Source of the DNA: an uncultured Acidimicrobiales bacterium
GTDB lineage: Bacteria; Actinomycetota; Acidimicrobiia; Acidimicrobiales; CADCTF01
Direction: 5' to 3'
Length of the DNA stretch: 64,000 bases
NCBI GenBank assembly: GCA_902805655.1
Contig: CADCTF010000087.1
Span: 53,233-117,232 of the forward strand
Shown here: piece after piece, positions 56,730 to 64,000 of the stretch
Layout of the letters: each line of letters begins with the position of its first letter
Position numbering within the stretch: position 1 is the stretch's first letter
Program-made: the position numbers and the translations under genes
The notes under the pieces: model-generated
The model's input: only the letters and a program-made list of their open reading frames with translations
Databases searched by the model: none
Told to the model about the DNA's origin: nothing

Positions 56730-58249
56730 CGTCACTGATCGGCTCCGGCTCCGGCCCCGCCGGGACGGTCACCCCGCCGCCGCCCGCGCTCGCGCTCGCG
56801 ATCGACCTCGACGTCGATCGGCCGGCGGACGCCAGGATCGTGGTGCTGTGCGTCGCCATCGGCCTGGCCGCCGACCTCGCCGTGCGCAGCGGCGTGGTCG
56901 GTCTGGCCGGCGCGCTTCTGCCCATCGCAGCCGCCGCGGCACTGTGGGCCACCCGGGCGGCCCACCGGCGCTCGGCGATGGTCGCGCTGGCCGGGGTGCC
57001 GCTCTTCGCCATCTGGCTGATGGCCCGTCGCAGCGAGTGGCTCCTGCCGTTGGACCTGCTGGCGGCGGCCAGCCTGTTGTGGATGGGGGCTTCCCTCGCG
57101 CGGGGCGGTCACGTCCTGGACCAGACCGTGTCGGGGCTCGTCACCAGAGCGGTAGAGGCGTTCGCCCACGGCGTGGCCGCGCCCGCGTTCCTCGCGCCTG
57201 TGCTCCGAGCTCGGCACAGCAGCCGCTCGTCGATCGCTCCGGTCGTGCGCGGACTGCTGTTGGTTGCACCCTTCCTGGTCCTCGTCACGGTGCTGCTCCG
57301 CTCGGCCGACGCGGTGTTCGCCGAGCTGGTGGAGATCCCGATGCCGGCGGACCTCGCCGGGCACGCCATCCTCGTGCTGGTCGGCGCCTGGACGATGGCC
57401 GGCCTCTTCCGCCTGGCGTCGGCCCGTCCCCTGGAGGTGCAGAGCTCCGGGCGGCGGTTGCTGGGCCCGACCGAAGCAGTGAGCGCGCTGGCCGCGCTGG
57501 TGGTGCTCTACGGCGCCTTCGTCCTCATCCAGGTCGTGGTGCTGGCCGGCGGAGAGGCCCACGTCCTTCAGACGACAGGGCTGACCTTCGCCGAGTACGC
57601 ACGATCCGGCTTCTTCCAGCTCCTCGCCGTCGCCGCCCTGACCCTGGTGCTGCTCTCGGCGCTGCGGGCGGTGGTGCGCGACGGATCGGCGTTCCAACGG
57701 AGCGCGTTCTTCTGGCTGGCCCAGGCGGCCATCGTGCTCACGGTGGCCATCGTCGCCGTCGCCGTGCGCCGGCTGCACCTCTACGAGCGGTCCTACGGCC
57801 TCACCATGCTGCGGCTGGCCAGCACTGCCTTCGCACTCTGGATCGGCGCGGTGTTCCTGCTCCTCGGGGCCAAGTACGCGGGTCTGCGGCGCGATCGGGA
57901 GTGGTTCGTGCCCGCCGCCCTGCTCGCCGCCGGCGCCGTGCTGCTCATCCTCAACGTCGTCAACCCGGAGGCTCTGGTCGTGCGGCGCAACGTCGCCAAC
58001 TTCGAGCAGACCGGCCGCTTCGATGCCTCCTACGCGACGAAGCTGTCCGATGACGCGGTGCCGGCCCTGGTGGCGGCCCTGCCCCGGCTCGCTCCGCAGG
58101 ACCAAAACACCGTGCTCGCCTCGGTGTGCCGGGACGAGAAGCAAGCAGAACGGGGGCTCTGGGCCTTCAACGCCGCCCGTGCTGCCGCCGAGGAAGCCCG
58201 CTCCTCGGTGTGCGGGGCCCGCTACGTCACCATCAGTACGGGCCGGTAG
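56726..58249 (+). CDS. DUF4153/DUF4173 membrane protein
   Basis: LRSADAVF, EYARSGFFQL, RLHLY..YGLTMLR, LSDDAVP; multi-TM. Confidence 0.82.
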   Translation: MTSLIGSGSGPAGTVTPPPPALALAIDLDVDRPADARIVVLCVAIGLAADLAVRSGVVGLAGALLPIAAAAALWATRAAHRRSAMVALAGVPLFAIWLMARRSEWLLPLDLLAAASLLWMGASLARGGHVLDQTVSGLVTRAVEAFAHGVAAPAFLAPVLRARHSSRSSIAPVVRGLLLVAPFLVLVTVLLRSADAVFAELVEIPMPADLAGHAILVLVGAWTMAGLFRLASARPLEVQSSGRRLLGPTEAVSALAALVVLYGAFVLIQVVVLAGGEAHVLQTTGLTFAEYARSGFFQLLAVAALTLVLLSALRAVVRDGSAFQRSAFFWLAQAAIVLTVAIVAVAVRRLHLYERSYGLTMLRLASTAFALWIGAVFLLLGAKYAGLRRDREWFVPAALLAAGAVLLILNVVNPEALVVRRNVANFEQTGRFDASYATKLSDDAVPALVAALPRLAPQDQNTVLASVCRDEKQAERGLWAFNAARAAAEEARSSVCGARYVTISTGR

Positions 58250-58272
58250 GCCCGACCGGCGACACTGGCGCC

Positions 58273-58890
58273 ATGGAGTTCCAGCAGGTGGTGCGGCGCC
58301 GTCACATGGTTCGCAGCTTCCACGACCGGCCGGTGCCGCCGGAGCTGCTCGATCGTGTGCTCGACAACGCCGTGCGGGCACCGTCTGCCGGCTTCAGCCA
58401 GGGCTGGGCCTTCCTCGTGCTCGAAGGGAGGGAGGAGACCGAGCGGTTCTGGGAGGCCACCTTCACGGGCGGCGACCGCTCCACCTTCCGTTGGCAGGGC
58501 CTCTTCCGCGCTCCCGTGATCATCGTGCCGCTGTCGCACAAGCAGAGCTACGTCGACCGCTACGCGGAGGCCGACAAGGGCGTGAACCCCGACCACGAAG
58601 GGTTCTGGCCCGTCCCCTACTGGGACATCGACACCGGCTTCGCCTCCATGCTGATGCTCCTCACGGCCGTCGACGCCGGTCTCGGCGCACTCTTCTTCGG
58701 CATCTTCCCCCCCCGGCTCCCCGCCTTTCGCGACGCCTTCGGCGTGCCGGACTCGCACACCCCCATCGGCGCCATCGCCCTCGGCTGGGCCGACCACGAC
58801 CACGACGAGCCCTCGCGCTCGGCCACGCGCGGTCGCCGGCCCATGGGCCAGGTCCTCCACCGGGGACACTGGCGAACGCCGACGGAGTAG
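58273..58890 (+). CDS. Nitroreductase family protein
   Basis: VRRRHMVRSF, RAPSAGFSQGW, GLGALFFG, IALG. Confidence 0.88.
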   Translation: MEFQQVVRRRHMVRSFHDRPVPPELLDRVLDNAVRAPSAGFSQGWAFLVLEGREETERFWEATFTGGDRSTFRWQGLFRAPVIIVPLSHKQSYVDRYAEADKGVNPDHEGFWPVPYWDIDTGFASMLMLLTAVDAGLGALFFGIFPPRLPAFRDAFGVPDSHTPIGAIALGWADHDHDEPSRSATRGRRPMGQVLHRGHWRTPTE

Positions 58891-58920
58891 CGAAGGACAC
58901 GCCGGCGCCGCCGCCGTCGG

Positions 58921-59670
58921 TCAGACGATGGCGGCCAGCACCTCGCTGATCGACCCGCGCAGCACCGAGTCGGCCAGGTGGTCGAAGGCGGTCGGCTCAC
59001 CGTTCACGATCACCAGCCGCGCGCCGCTCTGCACCGCCAGGGGGACGACACCGGCGACCGGGTACACGCCGAGGGTCGAGCCGACCGCCAGCAGCAGGTC
59101 GCACTCCAGCCCGGCCTGCTCCGCCCGCCGCAGGTCGGCCTCGACGAGCTGCTGGCCGAAGCTGATCGTGGCCGACTTGAGGATTCCGCCACAGGTGCGA
59201 CACGGCGGGTCTTCCTCACCGGCACGCACGCGTTCGAGTGCCCGCTCCATCGGGGCCCGCTCACCGCACGACAGACAGGCCACCTCCCGGATGGTGCCGT
59301 GGATCTCCACGACCTTGCCGGCACTCGAGCCGGCGGCCTGGTGCAGGCCGTCGATGTTCTGGGTGATGAGCGTGTGCAGCTTCCCCCGCCGTTCCAGCTC
59401 CACCAGGGCTCGGTGCCCGTCGTTCGGCTCCGCCGTCCACGCCGGTGAGTCGACGCGCCCACGCCATGCCCGCTTCCGTGTCTCCGGCTCGGATACGTAG
59501 TGCTGCAGCGTCGCAGTGCGCTCCGCCCCCGGGTTCTTCGTCCAGACACCGTTCGGCCCACGGAAGTCGGGAATTCCGGAGTCGGTGGAGATCCCCGCTC
59601 CGGTGAGGACGACGATGCGCTCGGCCTCGTCGATCCACCCCCGGACGTCGGCCAGGTCAGCACTCGGCAT
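58921..59670 (-). CDS. NAD-dependent protein deacylase (Sir2/CobB family)
   Basis: GAGISTDSGIPDFRG, TQNIDGLH, EIHG, CxxC...CxxC, GSTLGVYP. Confidence 0.93.
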   Translation of the reverse strand: MPSADLADVRGWIDEAERIVVLTGAGISTDSGIPDFRGPNGVWTKNPGAERTATLQHYVSEPETRKRAWRGRVDSPAWTAEPNDGHRALVELERRGKLHTLITQNIDGLHQAAGSSAGKVVEIHGTIREVACLSCGERAPMERALERVRAGEEDPPCRTCGGILKSATISFGQQLVEADLRRAEQAGLECDLLLAVGSTLGVYPVAGVVPLAVQSGARLVIVNGEPTAFDHLADSVLRGSISEVLAAIV

Positions 59671-59727
59671 GACCCGAGTCTCGCGCCGGGTGTGGGGTCG
59701 ATCGCAGTCCGGCCCTACCGTTGACGC

Positions 59728-60219
59728 ATGGAGATAGAAGTCATCGTCGAGATTCCCAAGGGTTCGAGGAACAAGTACGAGATCGACCACGAGAGCGGCG
59801 AGATCTGGCTGGACCGCACCCTCTTCACGGCCACCATGTATCCCTCGGACTACGGCTTCCTGCCGCACACGCTGGGCGAAGACGGTGACCCTCTCGACGC
59901 GCTGGTGCTGCTCGACGAGCGCACCTTCCCCGGCTGCCACATCCGGGCTCGGCCGGTGGGTGTCTTCTGGATGTCGGACGAGGCCGGGCCCGACGCCAAG
60001 GTGCTCTGCGTGCCGTCCACCGACCCTCGCTGGGCCCATGTCACCGAGCTCGAGCACCTGCAGGCCCACATCCTCGACGAGGTGGCCCACTTCTTCGACG
60101 TCTACAAGGCCCTCGAGCCCGGCAAGGACACCGAGACAGCACACTGGGACGGGCGTGAGGCGGCCGAGCGGGCCATCCTCGAGTCGCGGACGCGATACGT
60201 GCCGAACCTGCCGTCTTGA
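59728..60219 (+). CDS. ppa: Inorganic pyrophosphatase (family I)
   Basis: EIPKGSRNKYE, LDR, YGF, DGDPLD, DEAGPDAK, YKALE. Confidence 0.96.
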   Translation: MEIEVIVEIPKGSRNKYEIDHESGEIWLDRTLFTATMYPSDYGFLPHTLGEDGDPLDALVLLDERTFPGCHIRARPVGVFWMSDEAGPDAKVLCVPSTDPRWAHVTELEHLQAHILDEVAHFFDVYKALEPGKDTETAHWDGREAAERAILESRTRYVPNLPS

Positions 60220-60271
60220 CGCCCCGAGCGCGTGCGGGTAGACATGAAATGCACTGAGATGCCGTAGAGGC

Positions 60272-60313
60272 GAGTGCGGCTCTTCCCCCTCCACCCGCAC
60301 TCCCATCCGGAGG
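60272..60313 (+). promoter_or_regulatory. 5' leader hairpin with anti-Shine-Dalgarno loop
   Basis: GAGTGCGG(60272-79)/CCGCACTC(60295-302) 8-bp stem; loop CCTCC complementary to GGAGG at 60309-13. Confidence 0.45.
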
Positions 60314-60318
60314 CACCA

Positions 60319-60918
60319 ATGCGCTCAGCCCCCACCATCCCTGCCGTCTCGACCCTGTCCGTCCGCCCCCTGCCCGACCCCGTCATCGACGCGGTCGGCG
60401 AGGACCCGAGGTCCCCCTACGTCGAGCAGTTCTGGCTCGGCACCCTGGGCCCGTCCACGACGTGGTTGCTGCGACACATCGCCAACAGCCTGGACGAGTC
60501 CCCGGAGGGGTTCGACCTGGGCCTCGAGGAGACGGCCCGGCGCCTGGGGCTCGGCGACAAGGGTGGACGCCACTCCCCCTTCACCCGTGCGCTCACCCGG
60601 CTCGTGCAGTTCGACCTCGCCCAGCTGGAGGGCACGGCCACCTTGGCCGTGCGCCGGAAGGTGCCACCGCTCAACCGGCATCAGGTCGGGCGACTCAGCG
60701 AACCGCTGCAAGCGGCACACGAGCGGTGGCAGCAGAGCCAGGTCCGCACGCCCCCCGTCCAGCAGATGCGACAGCGCACCCGCGAGCTGGCCGCTTCCTA
60801 CGTCGCTGCCGGGCTCCAGCCCGCCGAGGCCGAGCGTGAGCTCATGCGCCTCGGGTTCCACCCGGCGCTGTGCGGCGAGGCGATGCGGTGGATCACCGAG
60901 CAGCAAGAGGCCGGCTGA
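60319..60918 (+). CDS. Hypothetical protein, possible winged-helix DNA-binding fold
   Basis: GGAGG RBS; DPRSPYVEQFWLGTLGPSTTWLLR, LEETARRLGL, RALTRLVQF. Confidence 0.75.
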   Translation: MRSAPTIPAVSTLSVRPLPDPVIDAVGEDPRSPYVEQFWLGTLGPSTTWLLRHIANSLDESPEGFDLGLEETARRLGLGDKGGRHSPFTRALTRLVQFDLAQLEGTATLAVRRKVPPLNRHQVGRLSEPLQAAHERWQQSQVRTPPVQQMRQRTRELAASYVAAGLQPAEAERELMRLGFHPALCGEAMRWITEQQEAG

Positions 60919-60948
60919 CGCGGCGGACTGGCCGTCTGAGTCGGCTGC

Positions 60949-61650
60949 TCAGGCGGAGGTGAGCCCGACGGCCGTGCCGCAGGCGCCACAGGAGAAGACC
61001 ACCACCTCGCGGCCGCCCCCTCCGACGCCCCGAGCCGTGACCACGCTGTAGGTCAGCTCGCTCTCCAGCCGGCGACCGCAGGACCGACAGACCGGCGAAG
61101 CCGCCGCCGTCACGGCGGCGGCTGTGGGCGCTACGGGCGGGGCGGCTGGGGCTGAGGGCACGGGAACAGCGAGCGGCTCGGGGCCGGCAGGAGAGTCGAG
61201 CCGCACCCGCAACGCTTCCGGCTCGACTCCGAGCCCCCGCAGCACCTGGCAGGCCGTGCCCTCGACGTCGAGGATCGCCAGCAACAGGTGCTGGGGGGCC
61301 ACGACGTCGGACCGGCACTGCCGGGAGAAGCGCAGCGAGCGGCCGAGGGCCCGCCCGGCTCGCATGGTGGTGGGAAGCGCGCCCGCCGGCACGCGTCCGG
61401 GAGACACCGGAAGCCCGACGGCCTCGCCGGCCTTGTCCCGGGCGGCCGCCAGGGTGACCCGGTCGTCCCCCACCAGCCGGCTGCCCTCGCCGTCCTCCAA
61501 CGCCAGCAGCCCGAGCAACAGGTGCTCGGTGCCGAGCCGTTCGTGGCCCAGGAGTCGGGCCTCTCCCTCGGCCAGGGTCACCGCTCGACGAGCGGTCGGG
61601 CCGAACCCCTCGAGCTCTCGACGCTCGGCCAGATCATCGCTCACGGCCAT
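60949..61650 (-). CDS. Stand-alone Clp N-terminal domain protein with C-terminal Cys4 motif
   Basis: AEGEARLLGHERLGTEHLLLGLL and PQHLLLAIL Clp repeats; Ala/Pro linker; CRSC...CGAC. Confidence 0.8.
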   Translation of the reverse strand: MAVSDDLAERRELEGFGPTARRAVTLAEGEARLLGHERLGTEHLLLGLLALEDGEGSRLVGDDRVTLAAARDKAGEAVGLPVSPGRVPAGALPTTMRAGRALGRSLRFSRQCRSDVVAPQHLLLAILDVEGTACQVLRGLGVEPEALRVRLDSPAGPEPLAVPVPSAPAAPPVAPTAAAVTAAASPVCRSCGRRLESELTYSVVTARGVGGGGREVVVFSCGACGTAVGLTSA

Positions 61651-61731
61651 CCATGCTGGCGTGTCGGACGTCCGCTGCGGTGCACCCCCTCCTTGACCGA
61701 CCTCGTGTTCACGGCTAGGACGCACTCGGCC

Positions 61732-62259
61732 TCAGCTCCGGCCGCGCCCTTCACCTCCCGGGACGGCCGGAGACGGGCGGCTCGACGCGCCGCGTCGCCG
61801 CCGCGCCACCCGGAGGCCGGCGCCGCCGACGAGCACCAGGGCGAAGACGGCCAGCGCCGCCCACGGGTCGGGCCAGCCCGAAGCGGCCAGCGCCGCGACC
61901 CCGAGGACACCCAGCATCGCGTTGCGCACGAGGTCGAGTGGCGAGATGGGATCGGTCCTTGCCGAGCCGAAGCACGCACACCCGGCGGCGACACCGGCCC
62001 GCAGGGCTTGCGCCAGCACGACCGAGAAGGCTCCGAGCAGCAACAGCGCAACCGTCGCGCCGGGCACCGGCACGACGATGAGCAGGGCCGCTGCCGCCAG
62101 CTCGAAGATCGGCACGCCCAGCGCGAGCGTCGCGGCGTACGGCAGCCCCAGCGCCGAGAACGAGGCCGCCGTGCTCTGCGGACGAGCGATCTTCGCCGCC
62201 CCGGCCCAGATGAAGATCACCGCGAGCGCGATGGCGGCGGCCGCGCCGAGGTCGCCCAC
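61732..62259 (-). CDS. MauE/DoxX family membrane protein
   Basis: FIWAGAAK, P..E, CACFG, LVRN; multi-TM. Confidence 0.8.
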   Translation of the reverse strand: MGDLGAAAAIALAVIFIWAGAAKIARPQSTAASFSALGLPYAATLALGVPIFELAAAALLIVVPVPGATVALLLLGAFSVVLAQALRAGVAAGCACFGSARTDPISPLDLVRNAMLGVLGVAALAASGWPDPWAALAVFALVLVGGAGLRVARRRRGASSRPSPAVPGGEGRGRS

Positions 62260-62277
62260 CTCCAGCGGACCGAGCGC

Positions 62278-63747
62278 TCAGGCCGTCGGCACGGAGTCGG
62301 AGTAGCCGGAGATCAGCTCGACGAGGGTGCGCACCCCGAACCCGGTGCCGCCCTTGGGGACGTAGCCGTCCACCTCGGAGGCGAAGGCGGGCCCGGCGAT
62401 GTCGAGGTGGGCCCACGGCACGCCGTCGACGAACTCCTGCAGGAACAGGCCGGCGGCCAGCGTTCCGGCCTGGCCCGCCGCCCCCATGTTCTTGAGGTCG
62501 GCCACCTCTGAGTCGATGTGCTTGCGATAGCGGGATGGCAGTGGCAGCGGCCACAGCTCCTCGCCCGCTCGCTCCGACGCGGCGCGCACCTGGTCGAGCA
62601 GCACGTCGTCGTTGCCCATGATCCCGGCGATGTCCCGCCCCAGGGCCACGATGCAGGCCCCGGTGAGGGTAGCCAGGTCGATGATGGCATCGGGCTGCAT
62701 CTCGGCGGCGATCGAGAGCGCATCGGCCAGGACCAGCCGGCCCTCGGCATCGGTGTTGAGCACTTCCACCGTCTTGCCGTTGCGGATGGTCAGCACGTCA
62801 CCCGGTCGCGTGGCCGTGCCGCTCGGCATGTTCTCCGTGCACGCGGCCAGAGCCACGACCTTGACGCCCGGCGAGAGCACCGGCACCACCGACATGGCGG
62901 CCAGCACCGCGGCGGCGCCGCCCATGTCGCACTTCATGGTCATCATGCCCTCGCCGGTCTTGAGGCTCAGGCCTCCGGAGTCGAAGGTGATGCCCTTGCC
63001 CACGATGACGACGGTCGCCGTGGCGCCCGGAGGGTCGTAGGTCAGCTGCAACAGGCGGGGCGGCTCCTCCGAGCCCGCCGCCACACCCAGCAGGCCGCCC
63101 ATGCGCTCCTCGGCCAGACGCACCTCGTCCCACACCGTCAGCTCGAGCCCGTGCTCGTCGGCGACCGCCCGGGCCACCTCTTCGAGAACGCGAGGCGTCA
63201 TGTCGCGCGCCGGTGTGTTGACGAGATCCCTTGCCAGGCACACCGCCCGGCCAATGGCCGCTCCCCGGTCGAGCCCCGCCTGCACGTCCGCCTCCGGGCC
63301 CCCGCCGAGGACCACGACCGACTCGACCGAGCACGGCTTGGCGTCGGACTTGTAGGCGGAGAACTGGTAGCTGCCGAGCACCACGCCTTCGGCCAGCGCC
63401 TGAGCCGCCTCTTCGACATCCACCGTGCCCGCTGCCGCATCGAGGAGAGCGAGGGCCAGCGTGGTGGCGCCCGACGCAGCCTTCACCGCGGCCGAGGCCG
63501 CACGACGGATGCGGTCGAGGTCGACGTCGGACGCAGACCCCATGCCCACGGCCAGCACCGTCGTGCCGTCGTCGGCCATCACCGGCAACGTCTCCCCCAC
63601 CTTGCCCGCGAAGGATCGGGCCTCCAGGAAGCCCATGTTCAGCTCGACCGGTGCACCGTCCACCGTCTCACGGTCGGAGAACACCGCCACGGCGAGCACC
63701 GCGGCATCGGACGGCACCTCGGCGGCCACGGAGAAGGAGATCGGCAT
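62278..63747 (-). CDS. pepA: Leucyl aminopeptidase (M17)
   Basis: GKGITFDSGG, MKCDMGGAA, NTDAEGRL, ATLTGA, HLDIAG. Confidence 0.95.
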   Translation of the reverse strand: MPISFSVAAEVPSDAAVLAVAVFSDRETVDGAPVELNMGFLEARSFAGKVGETLPVMADDGTTVLAVGMGSASDVDLDRIRRAASAAVKAASGATTLALALLDAAAGTVDVEEAAQALAEGVVLGSYQFSAYKSDAKPCSVESVVVLGGGPEADVQAGLDRGAAIGRAVCLARDLVNTPARDMTPRVLEEVARAVADEHGLELTVWDEVRLAEERMGGLLGVAAGSEEPPRLLQLTYDPPGATATVVIVGKGITFDSGGLSLKTGEGMMTMKCDMGGAAAVLAAMSVVPVLSPGVKVVALAACTENMPSGTATRPGDVLTIRNGKTVEVLNTDAEGRLVLADALSIAAEMQPDAIIDLATLTGACIVALGRDIAGIMGNDDVLLDQVRAASERAGEELWPLPLPSRYRKHIDSEVADLKNMGAAGQAGTLAAGLFLQEFVDGVPWAHLDIAGPAFASEVDGYVPKGGTGFGVRTLVELISGYSDSVPTA

Positions 63748-64000
63748 CAGTGCCCTTTCGACGGCGAGCTGGAGAACGTGGAGGGGACCTTGGCCGGCAC
63801 CGCGCCACCGTCCTGCCACCGGGCCATGGCCCAGAGGAGGCTGGAGAGCCGGTTGAGGTACGGGATCACGTGCGAGCCCTCGACGGCCACGGCCACGCTG
63901 CGGCGCTCGGCTCGCCGCACCACCGTGCGGGCCACCTCGAGCGAGGCGGAGCACGGGTTCTGGCCGGGGAGCACGAACTCGGTCGGCATCGGGAAGCGGG
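63747..64000 (-). CDS. PduO-type cob(I)alamin adenosyltransferase, C-terminal part (5' end outside window)
   Basis: FVLPG, ARTVVRRAER, YLNRLSSLLW. Confidence 0.88.
   Translation of the reverse strand, partial: RFPMPTEFVLPGQNPCSASLEVARTVVRRAERRSVAVAVEGSHVIPYLNRLSSLLWAMARWQDGGAVPAKVPSTFSSSPSKGH

Noticed and set aside
58921-59670. Sir2 gene as an anti-phage NADase (Thoeris/DSR type)
   Set aside because: Short canonical zinc-binding sirtuin in a housekeeping context with no defence partners.

Overview
Very GC-rich, densely coding actinobacterial DNA, most likely class Acidimicrobiia (inferred from gene content and the GYW..A.DGG.F.FG repeat proteins). About 55 genes. No rRNA, tRNA, CRISPR, prophage or transposase was recognised. 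Positions 1-38.4 kb form one large cell-wall glycopolymer locus: about 14 GT2/GT4 glycosyltransferase genes (several fused), two methyltransferase/coiled-coil proteins, a Wzm/Wzt exporter with a C-terminal carbohydrate-binding domain, a GT2+DUF2304 pair, rmlA/B/D, a UDP-GlcA decarboxylase, an epimerase, a ManC/ManB-type nucleotidyltransferase, a WbbL-like rhamnosyltransferase and an LCP ligase. Two convergent secreted peptidoglycan enzymes (Amidase_2 and SpoIID/LytB) sit inside the locus, and each ends in six ~42-aa repeats that look like a six-bladed beta-propeller. The best candidate for an undescribed system is this repeat domain acting as a cell-wall anchor that binds the (possibly methyl-capped) glycan made by the locus; this is a hypothesis. 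Positions 38.5-64 kb are mainly housekeeping: PabB/PabC-like pair, two ABC systems, birA/accA, M20 amidohydrolase, LpdA-like flavoprotein, methylmalonyl-CoA mutase, MoeB, a two-component system with DUF4153 and a CHRD lipoprotein, nitroreductase, sirtuin, ppa, Clp-N protein, MauE/DoxX, pepA and a partial PduO. All calls come from reading motifs by eye; no database search was run. Many starts were moved downstream of the ORF-track start.
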